A stretch of DNA of 64,000 bases, from positions 261,702,001-261,766,000 of the forward strand of contig NC_091977.1 in NCBI RefSeq assembly GCF_044704955.1. The letters are read 5' to 3'. The notes beneath the pieces were generated by a model, which worked only from the letters and a program-made list of their open reading frames with translations, was not told the origin of the DNA and did not search any database. This stretch comes from Pristiophorus japonicus. Its lineage: Eukaryota. The position numbers were made by a program, and so were the translations under genes. Position 1 is the first letter of the stretch, and each line of letters opens with the position of its first letter. Shown here one piece after another: positions 1 through 13,583 of this stretch.

Positions 1-469
1 AGCCAGGGAGCGTAGAGGAGGGAGTGAGCAATCAGGTGTTGGGGAGGGGGCGGGGGGCAATCGATGGGCAGGGCCAGAGAGAACAGGGGAGAAGGGGCCA
101 TTGACGGGGTTCGAGAGGGAACATCCATGGTGGGGTCTGAAGAAATTGGGGAGGAGGAAATATCGAGAGTTAAAATTACCCCCAATGCCTTAATACAATT
201 GACTGAGAAGCATTGTTTCTAAAATAGCTATTGCAAGGAAGCTACATGAACTCTTGATCTTACTTGTTTACTACTACACCCCAGATTTGTTTGTATTAAA
301 GATTGCAGCACGCTACTGGTCACAGGTTGTAAACTGAAGTCCAGCTTACTCTGAGCCTGGGAGATTTTGGCAACAAAGCCCAAATAACCAATTCGAGCTC
401 TGGAAATGCAGCCAACCTCCCAGGGAAAGAGCCAAAATTTCTGTTGGAAATTTGTTGTTTATACTTAGA

Positions 470-1162
470 GGGCGGAATTGCCCTGCGTCCCGATTGGGGG
501 CGGTAACCTGCTCGGGGCGGTACGTCCTGCGACCGGCGTGGAAGTCCCGCCCTGGCCACTGAATTGGGATTACCGCCCCTCAAAGGAAGTGGCGTGTAAT
601 CTCGCGCACTCCACTTCCTTTAGGGGAGGTTCCAGCGGCACTAACGGGGCGAGTTGTTCAGTGCTACGTGGATGCTCCGTGTAGCGCTGACGGGCTTAAA
701 GGGGAGGACCGTTGCCCACTCTGCAAAGCCTCTGATGGCCTCCACTACACCACCGGGCAGTGTGCGACCGGAGCTGCAGCCCAGCACACAAAACGGGGTG
801 CTGGGCTGCACAATGGAGGCCCTGACCATGCCAGGGGGGGAACGAGCTGAAGCTGGCCCGAGAGTCGGCAGAACGTTAAAGATGGCGGCGCGGGCGTCCT
901 CCCCTTTAACTTCCGCCCTGCGAGCGGATGTCGGCCATCCTCGCGGGACAATTTCCCCCGTGGGGCAGAAAGTGGTCGGCGTGTGATGCAGAGGGGCCGC
1001 CGCGTATGGTGATGATGTCATCATGGTTGCACGGCGACCATAGCAGCGCCTCCACAAACTCCCAGGCAATTTCCTGGCAGCTGGTAGTGCCCCATCTCCC
1101 CCTCCCGAGCAAAAAGTGTCTTGTGCCCTGTTAGCACCTCCCAAAAAGGGGCAATTTCACCC
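470..1162. mobile_element. GC-rich non-autonomous TIR element (PIF/Harbinger-like MITE), family A
   Basis: Termini GGGCGGAATTGCCC ... GGGCAATTTCACCC are imperfect inverted repeats. The first ~200 bp match the reverse complement of ~16950-17117. Internal hairpin AGGAAGTGG..CCACTTCCT. Confidence 0.7.
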
Positions 1163-1361
1163 ATTTAGTTTCTAGCTACGTTTATCAGGTTTTCATTTTT
1201 TAAGCATTGTTACTTTTATTTTTCGACATAGAAACCAGCCTGAGTGAGAAGCCAAGATATCTATTGAAATTCGTTTGAGAAAAATATCTGAGCCAATTCA
1301 TTGGTTCACTTTATACTTGCTGCTTGTGAATTGGTATCCTTTTAGATGGCTGTTCAATAAC

Positions 1362-1745
1362 CAACAATTTCCATTTATATAATACCTTTAACATAGGAAA
1401 ACCTTCCAAGGCACTTCACAGGCGTGTAATTAAAAAATACTGTTATTGAGCCAAAGGAGGAGATATTAGAATGAGTGACAGAAAGCTGTGTTAAAGAGAG
1501 GTTTTAAGGAGGGTCTTAAAGGAAGAGGGAGAGGTGGAGGGGTAAAGCGAGGAAATTCCAGAGTTTGCGGCCAGTTCGGTTGAAGACACGACTGCCAATG
1601 GTGGGGCTGCATAAGAGGGAAGAGTTGGAGTAATGTGGAGTTCTTCAAGGGTTGTAGGGCTGGAGAAGGTCAGAGAAAGGAAGGGACGAGGCCAAGAAGG
1701 GACTTGAACATGAGGATGAGTATTTTAAAATCAAGGCATTGATAA
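1362..1745 (-). mobile_element. L2-like LINE 3' fragment
   Basis: Begins with the reverse complement of a tail (CAATTTCCATTTATATAATACCTTTAAC) shared with the Deu-SINEs in this window, followed by purine-rich L2-type 3' sequence. Family assigned from recalled consensus. Confidence 0.55.
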
Positions 1746-2899
1746 ACGAATTTTCCTGTAACAATTTTCCTGCCTTGGTATTAATTCTGCATCCAATCCG
1801 CACTATGCAGCAATCTGTAGGTCAACAGTGATTTATTGCTTCATGTACTTAAACCAGTCAATGTGCGACAGTGCTCTACTTTCAGTGCAACAGTCTCATT
1901 AGACACAAGTCTCATATGTGTCAGTATAGCTGTTAGTGGCAGCCTAGCTCATTCCCAGAAAGGCTCTATATGCAAGTTCCACGCTGTGAGCTGAAAAGTA
2001 GTTTCAAGTTCTTTAAAGTGCTTACTGCCCTTTTATCATGTAATAAAAGTGCAGTATATGTTTTAAAGAATTTAAGAGCAGTTCAGGAGAGTGCATTAAT
2101 TCTTGAAGTAACAAACATGCAGAATGGGCGTGTGCAGGGCAAACAAATTTCAATATAGATAAGTGCGAGGTGATGCGAGGCCGCTTACTGCTTGGAAAGC
2201 AAGGTCTCAATATTAACCACCTCCCACCCCCCAGCGTGATAGGCGAGAGAAGGTCAGGGAGGCGGTTAAAGAGTTAAATATACTGAATCCATCCCCAACC
2301 TACGCACACGCACAATTGTGGATGATATCGGGACTTTCAAGTGTCCGACGAAAGAGGTGGGACACTTAATTAACATACTTAAATCAGACTTTCACAGTGC
2401 AACTGAGAGCCCGATTTAAGATTCATTACTGCTGCATGTATTTCCCAAGGATTGGGAAACCCAGGAGTGAAAGGGAGGCTAGAACTGCTGGCTCCACAAG
2501 CCAAGTGCCTTTTCCAGCATTCCTTGTGGGCCAGGAGAAGCAAGTGCGCTCCACACCGCCCTCGAGGAAGCCCTTGGCCTTCCCGCTGCAGATTGTGGCC
2601 GCACTCTTCCCTGCGGCCGAGTTTGCCGACCTCTCCTCCCCTCCCCTCACACCAACCCCGATGGCCTCTCTCTCTCTCTGCCATCTGCCTTTCCACATCC
2701 CAATTGCCGGGGACCACCCTCTGGCTGTGGCCTCCTGCCACTGGTTTTCCCTGCGACCATCGGCAAGACTGTCATTGTGTCCAGCTGCCGGGCGTGAATC
2801 AGAACAAAAAACTGATATCGAATATTGCCGTCACTTTCGGCAAGACATCCGTGTCCCTGGCCTTACCAGGTTCTATGGTCATTGTTGACCACACCCAGT

Positions 2900-3820
2900 G
2901 TCAGCTTTGGCTCAGTGGGTAGCACTCCCAGCTCTGAGTCAGACGGCTGTGGCTCAAATCCCACTCCAGGGACTTGAGCACATAACTTTAGGCTGACACT
3001 CCAGTGCAGTGCTGAGGGAGTGCTGCACTGTTAAAGGTGCCATCTCTCGGATGAAACGTTAAACTGAGGCCCCGAGTTAGAAATTAACCCCCGTCGGAAA
3101 CTGTACGTGCCTACCGTCGCGTCTTGATTGATTTTCAACTCTTTGGCAATTTTTTGGGAGCGCCGGTAAGTACTCTAGCGGGGCAGAAGTGGGGGCGGGA
3201 TGGAGTCTCTGCCACTGTCAGTCAGTGGCAGTGTGGTGGTGATGTCAGTGCGTGTGTGCATCACCACGTCTCTCCCCTTATTATTTAGCTTCGGTCCACT
3301 GGGCCACCAAGGAGGGTTTCGGCCAAGCGGGCGGCCTGGCACCCAAGAGGGGGTGCCAGGCTGCCTGTTGACGGCCCGGCCAAACGAGGGGCCATAATTG
3401 TCCAGCCGATTGGGAAGTCGCCGGCAAAATAAACATGGTGGCCGCAGCAGTGCGCCCTCCCCTTGAAGGGCTGCCGCGCTGTCATGGCTCACACAGTGAA
3501 AGGAAGATGCACCGGCAGAAAAAGCTGTTGGGGGCACCACACGGTGGAGCGTGGATTTTTCCAGCTAAATTTCGCAGGGCGTGCCATAGAGATGTGCCCT
3601 TTGACGAAGTACTTAGGACGGTCGGAAGTGGGGACCAGCAGAAAAGTCTCTGAGGTGAATTTCGATCGAGAAAGCCATTGGACCAGAAGTCAGTGGGCAC
3701 TCGACTGAGCCACCTGGCCACTGCTTTCTGGCGGTAAGTGGCCTTTTTGGGAGGCTGAATTTCGGCCCCCCTGTCTGCTCTCTCAGGTGGACGTAAAAGC
3801 TCCCATGGCATGGTTTCCCT
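2900..3820 (+). mobile_element. tRNA-derived Deu-domain SINE (SacSINE1-like), interrupted by a MITE at 3074-3769
   Basis: A box TGGCTCAGTGGG and B-box-like GGCTCAAATCCC. The body matches 15370-15833 and resumes at ~3771 (CTGTCTGCTCTCTCAGGTGGACGTAAAA). Confidence 0.75.
3074..3769. mobile_element. Harbinger-like MITE inserted in a SINE
   Basis: Cleanly interrupts the SINE. Its right end TGAATTTCGGCCCCC is identical to the end of the transposase-bearing Harbinger at 46315-46329. Confidence 0.7.
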
Positions 3821-4169
3821 AGATAAGGAATCCCCATAAGGATGAATGGGAATTCCCCTACGATCATTTGTTGGGCCGGCCCACGTGATCCCAGGGGTGC
3901 TTGCGAACCCGTGCGCCCGAGATACATGGGCCTCTTCCCACAGGTACCCAGAGAGGCCAAGGACCGCGAGTCACCATTTGGCCCCTCGAACCTGCTCCGC
4001 CATTTAATAAGATCATGGCTGATCTGATCATATTCCACTCCTGCTCAATTCCCCTTTAATTGTCCCTCTTCCTCTTTAGCTTCTCCTGTTCCTCCACTTC
4101 TATCTGTTTTTTTTTTGCCACTTCTGACTCCCTTTTACTTTCTATCAATCTTGTACAGATGATAATGCT

Positions 4170-4428
4170 GCCCTTGGCCTATTTGGTGGTAGATGTAGCA
4201 GAGCTGGAATATGCTGGCAAAGTCAGCTTTGTGAGTTTCTACAGTGCATCCTGTAACTATTACATACTACAACTACAGTGTAGTGGTGGAGGAGGTGCAT
4301 ACTGAGGCCAGTGGTAGGGATGCTGGCCAAGTGAACTGCTGCATCCTACATGCTGTAAAGTTTCTTCAGTGTTGTTATGGCTGCACGCATATAAGCGAGT
4401 GGATAATAATCCATCACTCTCCTGACTA
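4170..4428 (-). mobile_element. Old CR1-group LINE fragment (same family as 23440-24018)
   Basis: Degenerate similarity, by eye, to the minus-strand LINE at 23600-23830. Confidence 0.4.
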
Positions 4429-4524
4429 AACTAAAATTTAAAGAAACTTGAGGGAAAAATACCGAGGAACAGGGTGAAAAAGCTAGAATATCAGACAAAC
4501 CTGGGTGGCTCGTGGGACACTCAT

Positions 4525-4618
4525 GTGAGTTCAGCTAACTGAGCACAGACTAGGCATCGAACCTGGCATCAGTCTGGTCTAACTGGCTCAGCTAATTGCA
4601 CAATTAACTGAGGGAGCC
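4525..4618 (-). mobile_element. tRNA-derived SINE head fragment
   Basis: Reverse complement resembles 15885-15985, with B-box-like GGTTCGATGCC. Confidence 0.4.
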
Positions 4619-5627
4619 AGAAATGTTACTTATGATGAAAATTTGAACATCTTCCCAATTAAACTAGTTTATATTTAAAATGTCATCATTGAATCATCCT
4701 GTGCAGTTTCTGCAATATGATTTCACCAGGAAACCATCGAAATTTCGTATATGTATAATAGAGCACATGGATTTTAAATATTTATAAAAACATTATGACC
4801 TCAGTAATCTTGGAAAAAGGCTGTTTTGACAACCCTGTTATTCCAGCTTTATATAACCATGAGTAACATGTGAAATCACCAAATTAGCAAACATTCACGT
4901 TTCACTATCAAATGGTGCTTCCAATGTAATGACTAAATGGATTCAATTTTAATGTTCCCAAACATTCAAATTAAACAAGACAATTTTGTATATAGAGTGT
5001 AAGCTTTTAGTAATTATATACAATGCGATAGTTTTGTTGTTAGTATTTTTCATTTGTCAGTGGTAGCTACAGTTTCTGCATGTTCCTACTCTGCAATAGT
5101 AAGGAAAGTGAGCTTTGTTCTCAATATAACACAGGACAGGAACCTTCCAAGTGACCTCATAAATATGTTAGATAGAATTATGAAACCTTTGTATTAAATT
5201 GATCTCGGCAAATTTTTCAGCCTCTCTGAAGGTTCAAAAACTAGTGGACAGAATTTGTTTTTAAAAGGCAGATCAACTATTTTGCACAGGATATGCATAT
5301 TGACTAAATTAGGAGAAAAGTTTAAATAGTTTATGTAACTGTGATTCTGAAGAAAAATAAGATGATGGTAACTTAAGAAGTTGGAGTTGCAATCGACTAG
5401 AAAGATGTGTGTTTGTTGGGCCAAATGGTCCTTTCCTTCACTTAAATCCCCTGTGCTCCTTTGTTCCCTTGTGACCATGCATGCTGAGGACTTTCAAACG
5501 ATTTGTCCAAAGACCCAACAATCTCGCTTGTGGAATTGGTCAACACCTTTGGGCTATAGTTTCTGTTCTGCTATGGTGACCATCATTTTTTGGTGGTGGT
5601 TTGAAATTTCACGTACAGGTATACTTA

Positions 5628-6340
5628 GGCCCCGATATTTGCGGGGAGGGAATTGGAGGGGAGGCAGTTTTGCAGTCGAGAAACCCGGAAGAATGGATTT
5701 CCTTCAAGTACTGCCGAATTTAACATATCGGGTCGGTAGGCCTTGGGCATTAGGCCAAAGTCGGGGAGCGGAGAGGTGGAGGGATCGGAAAGGCCAGAGA
5801 GGTGTCAGGGCAGGGTGGGGGGGTTGGGATCGTGGGTTTGGAAGCCAGTGTGGGGTGCGGTGGGATCGGAAAGGCCAGGTCGGTGGGCGATGGTGGTTCG
5901 GGAGCATATCGTGGCTCGGGGTGGGCTGTGGAGGTGTCAGCTGATCTCAGGAGTGGTTTACAGGTAAGCTTGGGGGGCGGGGGGCTGGGGGTGGAGGGAA
6001 TCACTCCTGCTCCTCCTGGCCCACAAGTAGTTCTGGAAAGGCACTTACCAGCTGGATTCAGCAATCCTCGACTGCCTTCAGCTGCCACGTTTCCCGAGGC
6101 CCAGGTGAACCAGTCGGCCAGTGGTAAAATTTAAAATGGAGATAAAAACTGAGGCACGCATAAAATATTTAAATGAGAGACCCATCTCATGGGAATGGGT
6201 TGGTCGTCTGCTCCCGTTTCACCTCCTTTAAAACTGGAAGTGGTGGGTTCAAGGCGAATGGGTTTGGATTTGAGATTTTTTACATTTATACATCCCACCT
6301 CAACCCAAACCTATCTCTTGCTGGGGATTACAATCTCCCC
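5628..6340. mobile_element. GC-rich MITE-like element
   Basis: Sharp GC-rich island in AT-rich DNA, TTA flanks, GGCCCCGATATT ... AATCTCCCC termini, internal GGGATCGGAAAGGCCAG duplication. Confidence 0.5.
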
Positions 6341-6510
6341 TTAATTTTCAGCAGATTTGGATATGTTTTCAGCCTACCTTCTAGACAAAATATTCCTGGA
6401 TGAGGTTGCTGTTGGTTACAGTCAGATAAACACCAACTTATTGTGGCTGAAAAAGCTTCACGCCTTCCAGTAGAAGTGTTCACACTGTTTCTGGAGATTT
6501 AGTTTTTTTT

Positions 6511-7154
6511 GGGCAGATTTTCGGCTCCTCTCTGCTCTGTTTTTTGACCCGGAGTGGCGGCAATGGTGGTGGTGAGGTGTTCTGGGCGGGCGGTCAGCCT
6601 CTAGCGCCCCACAGAGATCCTCGGGTTCGGTTTTGCGGCAGCGTGGAGCAGCACCGCCCGGAAAAGCTGCGCCTCTGTGCAACTCTTGCCCGACCCGTAC
6701 GCCCCGCAATGAACGTCCAGGAAATCAGGTGGTGCAACACCCCGACAGCGCAGAGGTAAGTAATGGACTCCTAAGGTGAGTGTGATTGTTTATTCTTTTA
6801 ATTTTTTTTTTTTGCAATTTGTGTCGTGGTGGCATGGGCAATGCTTTGGGAATGTTTTTGTGGGTTTTTTTCTTCCCATCTCCCCGCCACCCCCCCAGCT
6901 CCCCCGCCCCCCCCCCCCACCCCCACCCCCCACCCAGGCATCACTCGCAGCACTCCTGGCCCGGCTCTTTAGCTCGGGATTTTCCCATGCTAACGTCCAA
7001 CAGAGATGTACAATGCCTGTCTTAGCCCTACTCCCCCTGACTCAGGGCCCAGCTGCCCAACATTACTTACTGAGGCGCAAATTGTTCCCAGTCGCAAACT
7101 TTACCGCCCCACCACCACTACCACCCAAAAGCATCAAAGCCGAAAATCCAGTCC
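6511..7154. mobile_element. Harbinger-like MITE
   Basis: TIRs GGGCAGATTTTCGGCT / AGCCGAAAATCCAGTCC with TTT on both flanks (3-bp TSD). Confidence 0.7.
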
Positions 7155-7164
7155 TTTGTGTATG

Positions 7165-7900
7165 TATCTATACAGCCATGTTGCGGAGTACACAACATAA
7201 AAAAGTACTTTGTGAAAAGATTCATTAAGGGCCCTCTGGACCTCTTCATAAAATAGAATTTTTTTTTTCAGCAGTCCAAACTATTTCATCATATTTGTGC
7301 TCCTCTGGTGGCTTCACAAGTCATATCTTCAAATGATCTCCCAGGCCCCAAAGGGGCTGGGTATTTATTCTCCCCCTATTTTTGAATAACCGATATAGTA
7401 AGCAGACTCAATATAAAGGAATAGCAAATTGAGGCAGGGAAAGCTGGCAGACATCAGCAGCAATTCAGGTCTTTTTCATTTAATACAAGATCTGTATTTA
7501 GGGAATAATCCCCCTCGTGATTGATGGTTGGTGTTGAATTGTGCTTTGAGGTCCTTTTTCATTGCATGGGCAATCCACAACTCCAAGGACACAAAGGGAT
7601 CCAGCCTTAGGATGAAGTGCTTTTGGGTGGCAATGCATGCCTCTGGTAATTTTGGGAAGTGGATGCACTCTGTTCTCTGTGCGCATGCATCCTTTACCTC
7701 CTCAACACAATTCAATGTAGGAGACAGCGCGGTGTAATAACTATGTCCCTCTGGTGACCAGGAGTCTTCTTTGGCATAGAAATTGACTGCTTCAGTCACC
7801 TTGACTGTTACAGGCAGGGATGTAGCCATGAGGGGTAGATATTTAAGGTATTAATTGTGTATGTGAAAAATGTCAAAGAAAAGGATCTCTGAGACACAAC
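7165..7900 (-). pseudogene. Highly decayed Harbinger (HARBI1-like DDE) transposase fossil
   Basis: ORF 7476..7829 SLPVTVKVTEAVNFYA...CVEEVKDA...CIHFP parallels METKVTMALNFYA...CIRQVTDT...YISFP of 45087..45611. Downstream minus-strand frames give GENKYP, FGLLKKKF, MKRSRGPL and CCVLRNMAV, matching GDKGYP, IGIFKQRF, MDRSGGSL and CCMLPNLAM in order. Confidence 0.7.
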
Positions 7901-7931
7901 CCCCTCACATGCTTTGCAAATCAGCTCCAAT

Positions 7932-8704
7932 GGACCGGAATTTGCTGTCGAAATAACGGTGAGGCTAATGGCACTCGCCATTATTTATGCACAAATGGTA
8001 CAGCAAATTCAGGTAAGGTGAAGATGTGCGGTTCAACACGGATATCAAAAAGTTGCTGTCCGAGTTGTGAAACTCTGGCGTTAGCTTCACGAAAATGGCA
8101 TTTCTCGGTCTGCCTCACCATTGACATGCATTGAAAGGCATGAAGTTGCTGCAGTTGCGCGGTTGATACGAACTAAACTTGCCACAGAAAGTTAAGTCTA
8201 GTTATTTCAAGTCTATGTACTCTCTTAACGAGGTGATGAGTGTTAATTACTGCTAGTCAATCTCTCTGGCACTGAAAATGAACTATTACAAGTCTCATTG
8301 CTTCAGCTTTTAATAGTTGGAGATTGTAAACATATTAAATTTAACATTTTTAATTTTTATACTTTTCCGTTGTCTTTTTTCTCTCTCTCTCAATCCAATC
8401 TTACTTTCACTCTCTTTATTTTTCTTTCTGTACCTGATTCATTGAATTCATCCACTCTAATGTACACTTCCTTCTCTGTCCTTACACTATTAATTTCACA
8501 ATCCTTGAATCTGAATTTTTAAGGAGATACACGGTTGCTTGCCCTGTTCACTCTGAACCCAGCTTCCCAGTTTACTTCGCTGCGACATTAACGACTCACA
8601 CTTTTAACAACTTGCCATGAAAAATTCAAAAATCTAAACATGCAAGGGCAAATCTAATTAATGGCAAACATCATCAGATTCCCTGTTACAGCAAATTATA
8701 GCCC
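7932..8704. mobile_element. Harbinger-like MITE, family B
   Basis: TIRs GGACCGGAATTTGCTGT / ACAGCAAATTATAGCCC. The 5' end matches 12706 onward (AATAACGGTG.GGCTA). Confidence 0.65.
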
Positions 8705-8970
8705 GGTGTGGAGAATATAAAATAGAGGTATGTATCACAATCGGTGGAGTACTGGACTGGACAACAATCAGCAGCAAATTTGTTGTAACCTTAACCCGCA
8801 GAGGACAATCTGCACATATGTTCTTGCCCTCTTTTGGTCAAATGTAGATAGCAGGACACACACTAAAAAATAATGGTTTGGTCTAACCAGGAACGATTGT
8901 TCCCAAATTAAGTTTTCTGGACAGATTCATTGTCCATTTCTTATAAAACTGGTAATATGTATAAAAGATT

Positions 8971-9730
8971 GGCCCTGAATTTGGTGTCAGTACGACGGCG
9001 TACTCTGACTATGCTGCCATACCACCTTAGAAACTGACTGCAATTTCGGGATTTGGCGCATGCGTGAAATTCCAAAGTTGCGATTTGTCATTGACATCTC
9101 CGAAACTGGCTGCTCTGTGGTGCCCCCCTCTCCCCTCACAGAGCGAGAATCTGTGAAATCTCATAAATCATTGAAATTGATGAAAACTTCGGTTCTTCCG
9201 CAGCAAGTGCACTGTTAAATTCCCCACTAAAAGTTAGACTCAAGTTAAGTGTAACTGGGGTTTAAATAGCGTGTTGACTGTTAAACAAATGTTAAGGGCC
9301 TGGAAGACTAATTTTAATTTTGCACAATGTGAAATTTGCCCATTTTAATAAAAATGTAAGTTCTTAAGAAACTTTTCAAAAAAACATTTTCATCTCTTTG
9401 TTAAGTTTGTGTATCTTTATTTCAGGTTTGCCTTTTCCCCTTGTGAGAGCTCCAATCTTAGTTTTGCTTTTTCTAACTATTGTAAAAAGTTAGAATTTTA
9501 AGGGCTTACCCACTTCCTTGTTTGCTGTGAGAATTCTGCCTTTTGATTGGCTGCTTAAGCAGAGTGTTGCCATCACAGCAGCTCACACAAGGGGATTCCC
9601 AAAAAGCTCCATTAATTGAATTGACGGTGGGAAAACCCAAAGTTCTCGACACAAGGATTGCGAGATCCTTGTGCGAAGCATACTTCGCTTCACTTCGCTG
9701 CTGATTCCAGGCTCTCTTACCTGGGCTCAT
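8971..9730. mobile_element. MITE-like element related to family B
   Basis: Starts GGCCCTGAATTTG and has the same GC-rich end / AT-rich core layout. Right end degenerate. Confidence 0.45.
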
Positions 9731-9860
9731 GTAAAATTGTTACGTGTTGAAAGTTGATACCATTACTTTCCAGAAATTCCCTTTACTTAATGAAAATCAA
9801 AAGTCTGATTTCCCCCCCCCCCCCCCCCCCCCAAAATGATGATCCAATTTATTTCTGATA

Positions 9861-10568
9861 CAGGACTCCCTTATCCGGCACCACCCCTCGTCCGGCACCA
9901 TTCCTGGCCACCGGGTGGCACGTGCACAGAACGCGGCCGGTCAAAATTCTTCCTTCCCTGCCGACTCCCGCCATTGTGATGATCTATTTTTCTGTTGTTT
10001 ATCATTTTGTTTCCGATCTATGTTTCTGTTGCAGACCCCCCCCCCCCCCCCCGTGGCCTTCCTCGCTGCCGCACTTCTAGCCCCAAGCGAGCCAGCCCTG
10101 AAACACCGGCTGACTCCCGCGAATGTCTCAGAAATTAAATTTTAAAACATTTTGTACAGGTTACTCATCAATATAATCTTTCTCCTTGGCAGCCTCCTCC
10201 TCGTCACCCTGCTGGAACTCCTGCAGCCAGAGTCCTTGGGCCGGCTGCTCCTTCGCTCAGCATTCCCTTCGGGAGGTCGGGCCGGCGGGCCACATGCTCG
10301 GGCTGCGCCAACTCTTCAGCCTGCGCCGACCTCCCGCTGGTGCGACCGACACTTTGGGGCCTGCCGACACTCCGGGGCGACTGGGCCCGCTCAGGCCGCC
10401 TTCCCCTCCCCCCCTCCCGAAACCTTGGGCCACCTCACTTCCCAGCCCCCACCCCCGATCTCAGGCCGTTTCCCTTCTCCCCCACCCCGGGCCGCTGACC
10501 TCCCCTCATCCTACAAAATCCCTTATTCGACACAGGCCAGGTCTCGAGGATAAGGAAGGTTCAACCTG
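9861..10568. mobile_element. Tc1/mariner (pogo/Tigger-like) MITE
   Basis: TA|CAGG...CCTG|TA. The TIRs share CCTTATCC / GGATAAGG. TA target duplication. Confidence 0.65.
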
Positions 10569-11332
10569 TAATTGCACAAGAAAAACTGAAATATCCTCCA
10601 AAAAAGTGAATGAAGTCACATAAGTGCTAAGAAATCAGATAATTTGAATGAAGTAACTGTGAAGTAAGAGGAGTAGACTACTTATGATCCATGTTGTTAC
10701 TACTGATTGCATCTTAGTCCTTTGCTATAATGGTTCCTTATTGTGGTTCATTTAGGTTTGTCATAGTTTACATTTCTGAAAGGGCAATACTAAAGGCTTA
10801 TTGCACATTCATACAAGTGGTATTATTGATCTTTCCATTTGACACAAGGCAGCTTTAAGGGAAAATTCATGTAGTTTCATTTGTGGCCTTTTATACCCAC
10901 AACAGCAGTTACTTAATAGGCAGTTAGTTTGTTACATGTCTTGCATCCTGTGTTTGCAAGCAGCAAATCTAACTATTACAGGGAAAGTCTGGAAATTATT
11001 ACTGTTTATGCCGAGGTATTGAAGAGATCAGTGATTTTAGAAGTCCACACAAAAGCAAATTTCAAAGGAATTGAATTTAATCTGGGTTAATGTGACATGT
11101 AAGTGCTGTAATCAGCAACCATATTTAGCAGTATGCTACTCACTAAAAGGTGGTCACAATGTCACTATCAGAAATTGGCCTTCTCCCTTCCCTTAACAGC
11201 AATGGCCATGTTAATAATTGCTGGCTGTAGTTCACATACCCATTTATTAACCTGCCAAATATTCTTCATATGATATGTAACTGATAGACACTGCGCCCAG
11301 TGAAGGCTCACACAGAAGCTCCCACAGACAAT

Positions 11333-12050
11333 CGGCTTGAAATTGCGGTCGGAGACTTCCCGCGGGCGGATGCCTCCGACCGCAAATTTTTTTACAAAAG
11401 TACCTGGTGTTCCTCGGCCTAGATGCGCAGCCGGGCGCAGAGAACAATGTATCCCATCAGTGTCTGCGTTCGTACGCATCAGTGGGATCACATGGGCCGG
11501 TCCAACCTATCAAAATCAGTGTATTCCCATTGATAGTAACGGTGAGCTCCGTTTGTACGGAGCTGCCATAACAATGAATGTGGTTACCCCCAAAAACACA
11601 GAAACACATTAAATGAATAAAAAAAAACACGTCACATATTTAAAATTAATTAAAATTGAATTTAATTAAATGTTTCAGACAAAAATGTATTTTTTTTAAT
11701 ATGTTTTAACAGGGACAAAAATAAACTTACTTTAATGGACATGGTTTTTAATATAAGAATTAGTGATAAAATTTTTCTATCTTTTAAAACTCTTCTGCTG
11801 GTAAAAACTTTTATCAGTCATAAGAATTTGGAGGACATTCGCTGAGCTGGAGTTGGGCAAATACCCCAACTCTCCGCCCGCGGAGGTCCTTCTCCCGGGG
11901 ATGTGTGCGACCTGTCAAAAGAAATCTTGACAGATCGCAAGTTCTGGATTTCGCCGGATGTGCAGTGCATACCTAAACCCGGAACTTGTGCGGGTCCTAC
12001 AGGCACGTGCGCACCTTGTACATGCCCGTAGGGGCTGCAATTTCAGGCCA
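11333..12050. mobile_element. Harbinger-like MITE, family C
   Basis: TIRs GGCTTGAAATTGC / GCAATTTCAGGCC with AAT on both flanks. An inverted homologue lies at ~50418-51078. Confidence 0.75.
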
Positions 12051-12705
12051 AATTCCAATAGGTTAAGTGAGCGTTGACTGAGATTTACCATGCACTGGAT
12101 TCTGGAACAGTCACCAGGTTTACTCCTAAATTTTGATATTTGATCATAGCATTTTTTTTAAGCTGTGTCAAAGTGTTGATCAAAACATGAGATTTTTCAA
12201 AGATTCTCAATAATTCCCTTAAAGTTGTGAATGCATGATGGTGCATTGGGTATTCTAAACTTGGCTGTGTTGATTGGTCTTGTTCAGGAATTGACTGTTA
12301 ATACTAATAAACTGAGAAAATATTTGGACTGCTTTTGCAGACACTGATATATACTGTAAGACCCAATCATAATTTCCCTTATATCAATCGTTTGTTAGAG
12401 TATCAGCAGAATGTATGATGCATTATTATTCATTCTTCATCTTAAATATTTAAAACTGGCCAACAGATTAATATGCAGTGGACACATCAATACTAGATAC
12501 ACTGATGGGGGCAGCACTATAAAAAATAAAGCTGTTTTTTGTTTACAGTGAGTGAGAATCATTATTATATGTTGTGGATGCTTTTGGTCTTGACATTAAA
12601 TGAATTATTTAGTTTTGCGTAGAGTAGATTTGTAGAAAAGACAAAAAATTTGCTGCTATTGTGGCTTAAGATGAATTTTAAATCATAGAAAAGTTTAAAC
12701 TATGA

Positions 12706-13280
12706 GGGCCAGGATTTGCAGTGAGAATAACGGTGGGGCTATCAGCGCTCACCTTATAATGAAGGAAATCTGACAGCAACTTCTAGAGTACACACATGCG
12801 CAGTGAAGCACAGGAATCCAAATGTTGTTGTCAGTGATGCCCTGCCCCTTCACAGGGTGCACTGTGCAGTAATCACCGATTAGATTCGGCATTGATATGA
12901 CTGACACAGCATGCACATGCTGTACCTGCCCACTAGTTCCACACCAACAACAGCTGAAAAAGTTATGGCTGGTGCATTTGTGAGTAAACAACCTCTCCGG
13001 TCCTGAAAATTAATTTTACAAGTGTGGTGTCTCATTTCATCAGAAGAAAATGAGTGTCGAAGATCTTTAAAAATAATTAAAATTAAAAAAATGTTTTTGT
13101 ACTTTTTCTGTCTCTCTCTCTCTCTTTTAGCTCTCTTCCTTAATCCCATCTGTATTTCCCAATCTTCATTTTGGCTTCTGCGCATCATTTAAATCTAATT
13201 TATATTTCCTGCTTTTGACTGCGCGTCGCTGTGAAGATTCTTCAATCTGATTGGTTGAAGAGCCTCGGTGTTCTGTTTGT
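12706..13280. mobile_element. Truncated MITE, family B
   Basis: Homologous to the 5' part of 7932-8704. Confidence 0.55.
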
Positions 13281-13583
13281 ATCATTCTATGATTTAATCG
13301 GGTTGATGGAGACAAGGCTTGGGTAACCCTGAAGTATACATAGGGTACTGCTGGAGTATGCATAGGGTACAGCAAACATTATGTGGTTTACCAGAACTGC
13401 TTCCCGGTATTTGTGCAGTTAGGATCACCTACACATTAGTGCATTGACTTACAGGGTCATGGGAAGAAGACTGGCCCTCAGTGGTCAAACCCTCTCCTTG
13501 GCTGTCAATCATTAACAGTGCCCTGGAGTACTGCATATCTAATTGGTTCGGATATGGGATTACAAAGGTCACCACAGAGGGTT

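Noticed and set aside
320-7228. Numerous overlapping 60-190 aa ORFs (e.g. 641..1144, 2397..2888, 5381..5944, 6776..7228)
   Set aside because: They lie in GC-rich MITEs where stops are rare, are open on both strands, and show no recognisable domains.
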